The notes below the pieces were generated by a model. That model saw only the letters and a list, made by a program, of their open reading frames with translations, had not been told where the DNA came from and did no database searches. Both the position numbers and the translations under genes were made by a program. A DNA stretch of 63,995 bases, the filler included, from Folioceros fuciformis (lineage: Eukaryota): assembly GCA_049999805.1 (NCBI GenBank). It is 5 parts of 4 records of this genome, joined end to end, with 100 filler letters (N's around TTAATTAATTAA, not from the genome) between each part and the next. Parts side by side here need not be neighbours in the genome. Positions count along the whole stretch, not along the records: positions 1 to 18,234 come from JBNGIO010004643.1; 4 more parts are not named here. One strand, 5' to 3'. Numbering within the stretch: the first letter of the stretch is position 1; every line of letters starts with the position of its first letter. Of this stretch, positions 1 to 13,616 are shown one piece after another.

Positions 1-1799
1 CGGAGGGGCATTCCTGGGGATGGTGCCCGCGTGATAGCCCAGCTTCTCGCATCCCCGCCGCAGCATGGCGTTCTGGAGGCTTTCGCGATCTATTCCGGTC
101 TGCACGCCCGCGCGCTCGCACACCCGATCCATAGCGCTCTCGTAGCGCTTGCCTCCGAAGAGCGGCAGGTGGAGGTCCTGTGACCACTCTCGGAGCACGT
201 GCGGGGGAGTGCGGAAGCTGGCGGACCAGTTCACCGTGGATCCCCCGCCCACGGTGGAGCCAGCTATGAGACCGATGGCGCCGTCCGACGTGCCCAGCAG
301 GCCGCCTCCTTCGTACATTGCTTGGTAGCTCGGGAGCTCTACCGAGGAGAAATCGTTCCTGGTGAAGTAGTTGCCCTTCTCCAGCACCACGACTTTGAAT
401 CCAGCTTGTGCTAGCACGCCAGCAATCACGCCGCCTCCAGATCCCGATCCCACCACCACTACGTCGCAGTCGATGCCCACCGTCTGCTCTTCCTTGCCGG
501 TATTGAGCTTGGCTTTGGCCTTCAACTGTGGGCAGAGATCCTGCATGTGGGAGATGGCCTCCTCCACCAGCAACGAGCACCCTGCTGCTGCCAGCACCTT
601 CTCCACCCGAGCCACTCCTTGCTCCGCTGCCTCTCGGAGGTCCACGACTTGCTTGGCCAGGGGCCGGGTGTCCTCTTCGCTCTCCCCTTCCGACTGTTTG
701 TACATCATCCCACGCCGAGGGTCAGGTCCGGGATACCCTATTCTGTTCCAAGTTCTGTTGCGGCCAGATGGGTCAACCTGCCATCAAAAAGCCAACAACA
801 TCGACTCTTATCAAACAGAATGTAGCTTGTAGCACCGTTCCTCCAACAAAGAGCATTCCAACAAGCTGGAAAACTGAGAGCGTTTGAACATCCAGCGACA
901 GATGATGAGCAATCTGTGACAACTTGTAAACGAAATTCCAGCATCCACAGGTAGAAGGGACGGAAATCAACTCGTCCACAAGCAGGGAAGACACAGCATC
1001 TCATCCGGCGGAGGTGAAACAAAATATCGAGCAAAGCGAACCAGGGCATGTCACACATGCACAGGCCTTTGCAGGAGCAAAAAGTCAGTTTTACCTTGAA
1101 TGTCCAACACTACCAGTCCTAGCAAAACCGGAAAGAAGGAAGGAAGCAAGGAAGGAGCGACGACTGCGAGATCAAGTGGCACAAACCTGAGCGAAGTACA
1201 CCAGAACGGTGAGAACCTTGAAAACCTTGAAAACGACTCGGAGCAGCAGAATTGAGCTCAAGCACCAGCTCCGCAGAATTCTCTCTTGCCGCTCCAAGGG
1301 CAGGTCACCGAACTTGTGGACGAAAGGGAATGTTGAGGTGAAACAAAACCGCCCGGCCAGAAGAAGAGTCCCCGGGCGGGATGAAAGCAACCACAGTACG
1401 AGGCTCATAAGGCCCACAGCAGTCGGATCGAACCACTTACACAAGGTCGCAGCCACCTGCACGAAACAGAAACACCCAGGCAGGCGGCAGGAGCGTGAGC
1501 AATCGCCGAAAACCTCAGATCCTGTTGCCGCGAGTACAATTATACGCTATCGTTGCACAAACCTGTTCAGGCACTCCCGCGGCAGATGCGGAGAGCTCAT
1601 ACAAGTCCTTGGCATCGCCTTCGGATGGGATGGACGGTAACAAGGTATCGCAGACCGCAGAGAGCGCCGCCACTTGGTCGGCGGAAAGGCTGTGCGCTGG
1701 AGCACAGACTCCACCTCCGCACAGTAAAGGGTGTCCCTTCGATGCCACTGCGCCATTTACTGCCGGCTTCAAAGCCAAAGCGGCGCCTTCTGCAGACAT
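1..1799 (-). CDS. Long-chain fatty alcohol oxidase (GMC oxidoreductase, FAO family), 5' part; runs off the window. Exons ~1563-1799, 1187-1456, <1-777
   Basis: Spliced translation reads MSAEGAALAL...KGHPLL...LSAVCDTLLPS | ...LWLLSSRPGTLLLAGRFC...FPFVHKF...LRSW...FKVFK | VDPSGRNRTWNRIGYPG...CDVVVVGSGSGGGVIAGVLAQAG (FAD-binding GxGxGG)...GSTVGGGSTVNWSA. GT-AG junctions are visible at 1561-62/1457-58 and 1185-86/778-79. Confidence 0.9.
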
Positions 1800-4700
1800 G
1801 GTGGCATAGGTTCACTACCACTTCACAAACTACCATTCCTTCCTACGGCATCCGGGCAGAGCACACGCGCACATGTAGCGCATCCGGTAAGGACAAGATG
1901 CATTATCGAGGAAATGGGTCTCGGAGCTAAATATCCCACGTGGGACACAGGATCCGGAATCGTGCGACATGCCCCTCACTCGGAACTGCACACTCCAGGC
2001 CGGCAGCAGCTAGACCTGACATCGCGCTACGACTGCCCGTCACACGCTCCGGCTGCACACACCTGACATGCCATCCGGCGAACCGAGGGAATGAGAATTC
2101 GTGTCATCCGCATCCCCTTCCATGAGCTGTCTCCTTCGTGCCTCTCCAGGTGATGGCAGCTAGGCAGCGGCGTGCTTTTGATCCGTTCCCCAGTCACCAG
2201 TGACCGTGTGACCAGTCACCGGAGCGTTGCCGCGCCGTATGCGGCGGGGCTCACAGAGGAGGCCAGGAGATGTGACGGAGAATGGTGGCGTATGTGGAGG
2301 GCCGACCCAGCGACAGCAAGGCTCACTTGACTAGTCAGTGTGAGGGAACGCCACGCCTATTACAATATGCTCTCCATTCTGTGCTCTGTTCACACGCAGC
2401 ACTTACTGTTTCCATGGGATTCGGTTCTCTGATGTCAGGCTGATTGAGAGAGGCTGCCATTGCCGACCGGATTCGTATGAGCCTCGCAGTAGCTGCTCTT
2501 CCTGTCTCTGCTGGGTTCGTCAAGTTCTCGTGCCGCAGAAGCAATTTGCACGACTAAGATATTTCTGACTGGGATGCGGACGCCTTGTCTTATTTTGGTA
2601 GGAGTTTGGATTAGATTTCCGCTGGGCTGGTCCAATCCCATGCTTTGGGATGCGAAAGCATTCCAGCTCTGTCACGGGCCTCCTGGAAGTGACTGCGACG
2701 ACGACGCTTCCTTCATCATTGGGGGATTGGCTGTCCAGCGTCCTCATAGGTCGCCATCGTGGATCAGCCGTCAGTGACGTCTTCTGCCGGGACACTCCAA
2801 TCCGGCTGCCAACGCACCAAGCTGGTCGTACTAACGTTGAGACGTGCAGATAGGAATGTGCAAATTCGTAACGGCTCACTTGCGGAAAGGAACCTCCGTA
2901 GGAAAATATGGAAGGTAGATCACTGACTTGGGCACGGCCAAGTGCTTCACATGTACATGGCATTGCAAGGCGGGCCTTTCGTCAACAGCTGCCAAGGAGC
3001 ACAAGCATGGCAGCGGTACTGTAACTTTTTGTCACTCCCGCCTTCACTTTTCACGTCGAGTGTCCTCAGATATTCGGCTGGTGGCGTGTCCTTCAACCCC
3101 ATCAGGCAAAACTGGATTCATTCGGTAGAGCCCGCGGGCCACCAGCGGGCCGATTCAGGAAGGATTTACGTGAAAACCTCATCTCAGTCCTGCAGTTAGT
3201 TTGCATTTGCTTCGTACGCAGAAAGTTGGAGCTTTAAGACTGCCCACCCTGGAGTCGCCGCTTCGTCTGCCCCGATAGCAACAGGCACTGGTGACCCAGC
3301 TTTCCGAACAATGTAACACCTCTAGGTTGCCCAACAACTAGGCATGCGTCATGTGTGGTTCATCATCTGAATCTGACTCCGATACTCGCAATGTAGCCCG
3401 TGACTCGTCAGTACTCGCGGATGCAACCCGGCTTCACGTACGTCACTAAAACAGATTTGCTCTTCGTTTGCCACTGCTGCAGTCATGAGAAATTGCAAGT
3501 CTATGAGGCCCTCGCAAGGGTCTTGAGAATAAGTCACACCTGCAGGTTGGACTTCCGTACTAAATGCAAGCCAGTCCAATTCCAGCTGTACACGACAACC
3601 TCGCACAACTCAAATGGAACCAGTTGGAGACAGCAGATGCTTCCTTTCGCAAATGCTTTGCGGATCATTCTGCCGTAGACGACAAGTTCATTGCATCCGC
3701 ATGCGTGACGTGTACAGATAAGACTGGCTGCAGAAGAGAAGGTTCTCAACTTCCCAAGCATGGCAGTGGCATGGGGAATCTATCAACGAAGTCCATGGCT
3801 GTAGGTGATGCCTTCCAATTTAACCTATGATCATAGGCTCAAGGCCTTTGGATCCACTGTTCCTGAACAGCAAATGTGTAGGGTGGAGGAGGATGCAAAT
3901 AAGGACAGACGGGGTACCGCATTGAAATAAAAGCAAGACAGCCGATCATGTTCAGCATATGTGCTTCAAAGCTCACAAGAACTGTCACCATAGACGACAG
4001 AGAGGAAAAAAGTTGCTGACCTGTAACGAAAAGACCAGTTCAAATATCTCCTCGGACGGCAGCAGGTTTCTGAGAGCCCGTTGACAAACGTCAACAGGAA
4101 AGTGGAAGCATGTACCTCACATCAAGGTATCTACCCACCACATGAAACAAAAATTTGAATGAGAAGGACTGCTCAGCTTCAAGGATGCCGAGTAGAACCC
4201 AAGGTGAAAACTGACGATACATCCCGTACTGTGTCCTTTCCTTCGTTTGATGACTTTCGTGCTTTGTTGTTGGACTCTTCCAGATTCTTGGCCGCCTAGT
4301 TCTTGGATTCAGCTAACACAGGGCCTCCCTTGCACATCACTCAATTCCCTGCCCATAGCAGTCTGCACAAACATGAGCAAAACTTCACCATTGCGCTGAC
4401 GTTTCCGACGATCTGCCGTAGCCCATCCGAGGAATGAAAGGAGGACGTCCCACGGCTTCTCCATACGGGACTCCCAGACATCGTAGCTCTCTTATTGGGG
4501 GACGGGGGCTTATTGTAAGTCGTCGAAAGAGAGAAAAGTAAGACACTAACTTTTTCTTGTCTGAGCTTTTGTCCTGCAATATGTACAGTACAGTACTCGA
4601 ATCAAAATTGATAATTCATGCTGCTCGGTTGTCCACTTAATCCAGCGTCCAATCCACGGTGCCCATTGGCCACTGTGATGTATGTTTGTACTCTGGCATC

Positions 4701-4833
4701 TTTAGAGGATCCCGCGATGCACTGTTCGACAGATTGGTCCGACAGCTTAAGATGATGCAAAGTTTCAGTGCGACGTCTGCAAAATTACATCACCGAGAAT
4801 GAACTCAAGCTCCTAATGCGAAGGGGAGAATTA

Positions 4834-4943
4834 GGGCAGCCGTTTTAACATGTCAGGGGTCTTGGATAGACCGCATGGCTNNNNNNNNNNCGCGTGGGGC
4901 AGCCGTTTTAACATGTCAGGGGTCTTGGATAGACCGCTTGGCT
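4834..4943. repeat. ~47-bp direct repeat on both sides of a 10-N gap (probably contig overlap or collapsed tandem repeat)
   Basis: gggcagccgttttaacatgtcaggggtcttggatagaccgc(a/t)tggct occurs at 4834-4880 and 4897-4943, flanking N10 at 4881-4890. Confidence 0.8.
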
Positions 4944-6283
4944 CCTTCTCACATGGTAGCTTCAAACCCTCGTGTGCTATCTCCGTTCTCGGAGCTTAAA
5001 GCCTGAAACCCCAAATGTTTCCATTTGGTGCACTCGGCCGAAAGCGGGGACTGTCCTCCCTCGGGAATCGGCCTTGCATTTCACCTGTAGTCTGTGCAAC
5101 AATCAAGACCTCTTCTTCAAGTCTCGCACGCAATACCGCGTCCTGAGTGTCACTGCTTCATGGAATCCATTCGCGAACTGTCCCGGAGAGAGGCCCCGTT
5201 TTCCGACACAGCCTACAAGTGACGTCAATCTGATGTCGGCCAATTCTTACGCAGCACTCGCTCCTGCTCAAGGTTTCTTGGCCAGTTGCGATACCCTCAT
5301 ACGAGTACAGTACGTGAAAAACCAGTCACGTCTCGACTGAGTGTCGAGGCCGCACGGTGACGACATTGATGGCCTCGTCCNNNNNNNNNNNNNNNNNNNN
5401 NNNNNNNNNNNNNNNNNNNNNNNNNNNNNNNNNNNNNNNNNNNNNNNNNNNNNNNNNNNNNNNNNNNNNNNNNNNNNNNNTGGCGGTCAGGAGCAGGCTC
5501 ACTTCGTCCATCTTCCACCGGCTCTACTGCACGAGCAACGTAGCCGCCAACAGGCGCTGATCCGCCAAATGCTCGTCCACAAACGCGCGCCAGACTCCCG
5601 GAACTGGATCGTCTCGCGGCAAACCTCCTGCGCAGTCCGATCCGCGTCCCGTGCCCTGATCCCAAGGGCCCGGAACCCCGTCACGATCCAAGCCATCCCC
5701 GCTCCCACGCTCTCCACCCGCCGGCTCTGCACCTCAGCCTCCCGCGACAAGCTCCCCGGCTTTGCAAGGGACCCGCTGCATGGCATCTGTTCAGGATGGC
5801 GGATGACGATTGCTTGGGTGTCGAAAAACAGTCCTTCGGAATACTAGTAGGTACAGTCTGTAGGTAGGTCGCTTGCATTGCTGATGTTAATGCCAAGTAG
5901 GGTCGCAGGGCCTTGTGTCTTTTTGATTCCCAGATCTTTTCTGAATGATGCTTAATGATGTCTTCCCATTCACACGTCCCAAGTACATTATGTATCCGAA
6001 GTAGGAAAGCGATTAGGTGCTTCACATTCACAAGTGAAGGCGATGGTCAGGATTGAGCTCGGCCCGTGTCGTTAAGGGTTGGCCGGATAAACTGTGGTTT
6101 GCTGTACTGGGAACAATTTTGAGGTCTGAAAAACAGGTCTCCTGGTTAGCAAAAGAGGTCACAGGCGACCCCACCAGAGCGTCATCGGGCCGCCAGCTCC
6201 AAGGTAGTGTCGCCATAAATCTCTCCATCGGTTTCTTCCATCAGGTCTATTCTCTGGAGCGGGGAGCGGTGATCCAGTCCACC

Positions 6284-7654
<1,371 letters not shown>

Positions 7655-8258
7655 AGGTGGGTCTGCCAGTTTTGACAGTTGGAAGCGGCATTTTGGCGAA
7701 TTTGTACAGTACCACGGGCTCTTAGAGCGATCTAGGTGCTGGCTTTAGCCGGTTTCGTTCCACCAGGGAAGTGTTCGACAAAGCAATTTTGTTTTTTGAC
7801 AGCCCCGTAAATTATTGTCCTCGGGTGTGTCCTCGATCTCGAACTGCTCATCCTTCAATCGGTTGCGGCCAAGGATTTTCGGATCTAAGACAACGCAAAT
7901 GACAAACATTAGCATATTCTCAACAGCTCACCTCCTTCAACTTGAAAGATATCTCCGGTGACAAGTGGATCATCAACCGAGGTCACATTTCCCTCGGTGA
8001 AAAAAATAGCTACTATTTACAGAATGCAAATCTGATCCTGCAAGACAGACCCTCTCAGGCTCTCAAACTTTACTGGAGGTTGGTGCAAAAATGACAGCGA
8101 TTTGGGATTGCCACCCAAATCCTTCGTGTGAAGCCTGTTCAGGGGGACGCTGCGGTTCTCCTAAAAGGCACCTGAAGTTAGTCTAACTAATAAGACTAGG
8201 GCAACATGTGTGCACAGACTGATGGCCATCTTTGAACACAGATCTCCAACCTTTTATC

Positions 8259-11200
8259 TCAGGCGCTCGCAATGATTTCATGGATGGCATCACTAACGGA
8301 AGGATCTTCTGCTCGTACAGCAAGTTTCATGGCAACTTGCTTCTTTCCGTCAATTCCGAAGGACAATCGTACTAGTACTTGAATTCCCCCTATAAACTTG
8401 CCAGACAGCAAACACGTGTGTGACCGTGCATTATTCAGCACAGTTTCGGTTCCCTGAGAAGCAGGAAAAGAAACGGGGCGTTAGCCGACCATTTATGCCT
8501 CAGGGATGACAACACTGCAGCCCCGCAATACCTGTGATAACCACGACAGAAGATGACACGCTCACCTCACAAGGTTGCATGCCGAGGATACTTATAACAG
8601 CTTGGACAGCTTCTTGCAAACTTTCACGTACACCAATTCCATACTCATCAACTTTTTCAAATTCTGGAGCCAGTGATTCCCAGGCGTTCCTGAAATTCGT
8701 GACTCCTGCCTTCAAGATGTAATCAGCCGCAGTAACCTGCAAAGATAGACCCGTTACGTGTTTGTGCGCACACTTTGATGTGTTGCATAGGTTTATAAGC
8801 AGCAGGTTATCAAAGAAGCATAGTTCCATGTCTACTCCCTTACCTCTATGTCTTCCAGTTGATAGTCATCTGGGTAGCCTTCATCCTCTGCGGTCCCTGT
8901 TGAAGTATCAACCTGCCAAAGCCACAGAAGCACTTGCTCGATTCAGTATCTATACCCATCTTGCTTTGCAAAAAGTGGACCAGGAGGCTGCAGTTAGTTT
9001 GTTTCACTACGAAATGACTGGTACCTCCTTCACAACAAACTTCAGTGCACTGGTGAATTTCCCAACTGAGATGACACCCTCTGGCTTCTTGAAAGCTACA
9101 AAGGCTTGGCCAGGCGAACCATAAGCCATGACCGGCAAGGGCTTTGAAACCACCTCCTCAAAATCTTCTGCTTCCGCTGCATCCAAGACCACGCTGACCT
9201 GTAATCCGACCAAAATGTTAGGATTTGTCCATCTTCATTATCATTGAGGCAGCACATGGGGACAGCTTTTGACCCATACTCCTGTCACTTCTGTGAACAG
9301 CTGTTGCTGTTGGAAAACGTAAAACGAAAGAGGAACCTCACATTTTCCAGAACTTGCTCCGCGATGGTATTGGTGCAGTTAAACTGGAAAACCAGATGAC
9401 CAGGGAACACGTGCTTCACAGCGTTTATTGAATACTCGGTCTCTGCTTCCGTGAGCTCCACAGGTGCGGAAGACTACACAGTAACAGTATGTTAGTCATG
9501 CAATGGGCATACTACCTCCCATCAACCCACGGAGAGCACAAGTGACAACCAGTTACCTTGAAGAGATTACCAAACCCAGAAAATTCTGGAATCGAACTCA
9601 GAAGCTTCTGGTATGCTTCTCCAGGACTCGTGCCAGACGCTATTCCATTTGCATTTGCCTTGTGAGCAGCATCCTTGCCAGCTTTCTTGCCAGAAGGTGC
9701 CTTCTTCTCAATTGGTGGCAGCACTTTGATGTCCTTAGATACAGCTGACAAGTCAAAAGATTCCTCGCTTGCCTCCTGATAGTACACCAGCAAGTGGTGG
9801 AATAAGCACAAACTAAAGCCTCAAGAATCAAGAGCCTCAAGTAAAAGGTCATGGGATCAGATTGTGGCCGCTCACATAGGACATCAATGCAGCCTCCAAG
9901 TTAGCAAGAGGAATATCCAAGGTCCCAAACACAAAGTCCCTTAAACCATCTTCTGCTTCCTGAGATCCGCCACCAAGTGCATGCAAGTATAAGGTGGCTC
10001 GGTCTCGCACCTGCACAATACATACATGTCAAATACAATAGATCTCTGAAATGTCACCTCAACTTTAAATCAAAAAAAAAAAAAAAAGCAACCAAGAAAG
10101 GGTGAACCTGTCATCACCTCATCATCGTTGTCAAATAGACATCTGCGGAGAAGAACCAAGATCCGAGGCTGCAAACATTGCCAGATCCAAGATCATCTAC
10201 CAGTCATAAAACAAAGTTTTCCCTACACATCCTTGTTGCCAACATATACAGACTCAAGAGTAGTCTTGCTGCTAATATGTGCGAATCCGGGACAATTTAA
10301 GACTGGGCAGAGAATGTAACTTGCCCTGAGAGAGTCAGCCACAGCTCCGAACTTTGCCAAGGCACTAACAGCACTAGCCCGAACAGTAGCATTCTCAAGA
10401 ATCACCCTGTTGTAAATATATCGGATGTACTTGCTGGGATCAGCAGTCTTAGGCCCCTCATTTCCAAGAAGATGCAATATCTGCAAAGTTTGAAAGGCAT
10501 TACGACCTTAAGGTCCACGAGAAGGGATGAGTAGATTCAATACAGAATTCAGAAAGAAAATTCAGTAGCTCTGCACCTACCTGGGTTGACAGATAAGTGA
10601 ATTCACAGTCCTCAATGAACTCACATAAGTGTGACAAACCACTCTCCTTGGCATCAGGAATCTCTCGAATGAGGATAAGAATTGAGTCCACGATTGCCTT
10701 CTTATACTCAAATCCACCTTCTTCCCGCAAAATGTTGCTCAAGAAGTTCATCCTGAAAAATATGTAGGCAGTGAGCTATGCATCTCAGTAGGGAACATCA
10801 TCCTGGTTAACATGAATAGGGAAGTCCTGGCGACATACAAGGTTCTGTACTTCTGTGGAAATTTCAGACAGAGAGAACGGATCGCCTCCACAACAACAAT
10901 CTTGAACTCATCTGCTATATCCGACATGAAATTTGTTATCTGCTTCATGAGCCAGTCGACGCTTGATTCATTGCCTGTCTTCAGCAACGTGGTGATTGCA
11001 AGGGTTGCAATGCTACGGTTTTGGTCAGAGATCAAGCTTTCCATATCAATATTGCAGTTTGTGACTGCAAGTGGATAAGACATTGCAACCTGATGAAACA
11101 ACATACGTGTCCATATTCAGACGAAGGTTATCACCAGATGACCACCATATGCGACAAAGTCTTGTATACAAACCTTGTTAAGGGTGCGCACAGCAGCAAA

Positions 11201-13118
11201 CCGAAGAACTGGTTTTGTGGAACTAAGGAACATCTGCAGGACAGTAATTGCAGGATTGAGCTCTCGGCTAGTAACTCCAGTTAGCTCTGTTACAGCTCGA
11301 GCAGCCTCAAATATAACCATCTCTGTCTTATGCCTCAGACAACCCTCCAGGTAATCATAAAATGGCCTATCTCCTGCTTGGGGATTTGAAGCAGATTCTT
11401 CAATGACCTGCATAGCAACCCAAGTTCGATTGGTAGCTCCAACTTTGATATTGATGACTTGAAACAACAAAAATCAATTCAACCAAAGCAATTATTACCT
11501 GGCTGGTGTACCTAATGAGCAGGCATTGCGCCAACGGCGAGCGCACATGGCCACGCGTAAGGCTTGTCACCAACTTGCTCACCGCCAGTCGGTCATTTTG
11601 GCGAATCTGGTTAAAGATGACAACGTCCTCAGGTTTCGCGTTCAGCTAAGCGAATGTATGTTTGTCACATGTGGCATTACCTGGTGAAGCAGAGCAAGGG
11701 CATGAAACTGCACAAGCTGGGCTTTAGATTGCACAGCCTCCTGAACCTCATTGCTCCAGCGCTTCACAATGTCAGGGTTGGTCTGCAACAAACCACAAAC
11801 GATGACTGTGAAGCAGAGGTACCACAGGCATGTAACAATGCCAAACAACCCGATGTGAACCAACCTGCAGAAGGTGAATCCCACTCACGAGCGCTGCACT
11901 CGATACTACAGGATTCTTGTCTACGACTGCCTGCTTAAGGTAGCGTTCAATCTGACTCAGCAACTGCCCATCAGTTATCCTGCACAGAACTCGGATGGCA
12001 TTGGCGCGATAAAGATCTGTCTTGCTGTTCATGTCCTTCATTAAAGAACTCGTGACGATGATAACCTGCAAAAGGGAAGCGGATAAGCCTGGGGTACCAT
12101 TCTGGCCGACTGCAGAAATCAAAACAGGGCGCACGTAACACGTCACACCTCATCTGCAGAAGGTGAGATCTCTTTTATCATGAGATACACCATCCGCCTC
12201 AAACCAATGTCTTTCGACTGAAAAAGCTTGGTCACCGCAAAAAACACCTCCGTTGCTTCCGTCTGCCACATTTCGCAGTCAGTGAAGGGGTCCGCATCAA
12301 CCAAGGCTACACCGTGCCAATCTCATCTCTGGATCCACCAGCACAAACCTTCGTAAATGTCTCGCCTTGATTGAGAAGATACAGCAACTTGGTGATCACC
12401 TGCATCCCCCGAGGATTCCATCAGCAGAGGTTTCCCAAAGGCGCCCGCCCGGCAAGTGCCACCACGAGCGACTCACCTGTGCACACCTCCTTGCATCTAA
12501 CTGAGGATCATTAAAAACCCGAGCTTCCTGAAGTACCGCCCCTTTCTCAATGCCGTAAAAGGGAGAATACTCAGCTGCACACGGCATGACAACGAGCAGG
12601 CAGTCACCTCCCTGATGCATCCACAATTGCACAATCTAAAGTTCGCGACTCTGCGACCTTTCCCTGCCCTAACGACTGATCCAGCCAGAAAACGCCGAAT
12701 AACAACAGCCCACTGACTGCTCGGAATACGTGAGCTCCCAGCTGCACTAACAATCGGCCCAGCCCAGACAAAGCTGAAACGTGGCCTTCTCAGCGGCACA
12801 ACCACGCCAACGCTCTCCATTTCACATCCAATCTGGCAGCCTCAAAGCCTGTGCCCCGATGCACATGCGAAATTGTACACCGACTGCTTGCATCCACCCT
12901 AAGCAGTCCGACACCAGATCTGCCGATCCGAGACCCCGAACGTAGTCCCAGGCCAAGCTAAAATCAAGTGCAGACATTATCCCAGCCTCCCGCAGCTGCA
13001 TTGCAGCACAGCCAGAATGTCCAAGATCTGCGGGTGACAGGAACCAGAAAAGGCATGAGATCTCACAGTCGTCCTCCCGATCGTCATCCTTCTTGGCAGC
13101 GGGTTGGATGAGCGCCAT
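8259..13118 (-). CDS. COPG: Coatomer subunit gamma (gamma-COP), multi-exon
   Basis: Motifs [94 protein letters not shown] and C-terminal [23 protein letters not shown]. Confidence 0.96.
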
Positions 13119-13616
13119 GATCGACGACTCCTCCCGATCCCGCTCCAGCGTTGCCAACGGACTCCCCTCCGACTGCCGCGACTGCCGCGACTGCTGGCGT
13201 TTGCTTGCCTAGCCCGAACGAGGCTCACCCGAGTCTCCAGTCAGGAGACCCGAGAGAGCCTGCCAAACCGGGCCCTCTCTTCTGGTCCAAGTTCCATTGG
13301 CGGACCCGTCTTCTTGAACCTCGCTTTATGCTTGCTATTACCCCTTGTTTACCACACGCTGCATTTCCCAGTTCTATGTAGTCTACATACGTGTGCAGTC
13401 CCTACCCCTCAATCCATGGAAACCAGGGTGCCCTACGTAAGATTTGTACGCATGCGTAGCAGGTACAAAGGCGACGTCGTGCGATATCTCAGGCCTCATT
13501 CTGGATGGCGGCGCGAACGTCTGGAAGGAATGTGTGTCCGAGGAGGATGCTGAATTCGGGGATTTCGTGGACTCTTGATTGGAATGGCTGGCTGAGGGAG
13601 CAGCATCAGAAGCGGG

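Noticed and set aside
4834-4943. Direct repeat with a spacer, superficially CRISPR-like or a TSD
   Set aside because: Only two copies flanking an N gap in a eukaryotic genome; most likely contig overlap.
1900-6200. Many short ORFs between the alcohol oxidase and the cyclophilin
   Set aside because: No recognisable motif or consistent exon chain, and the region is interrupted by gaps. An orphan or decayed gene cannot be excluded, but none can be supported.
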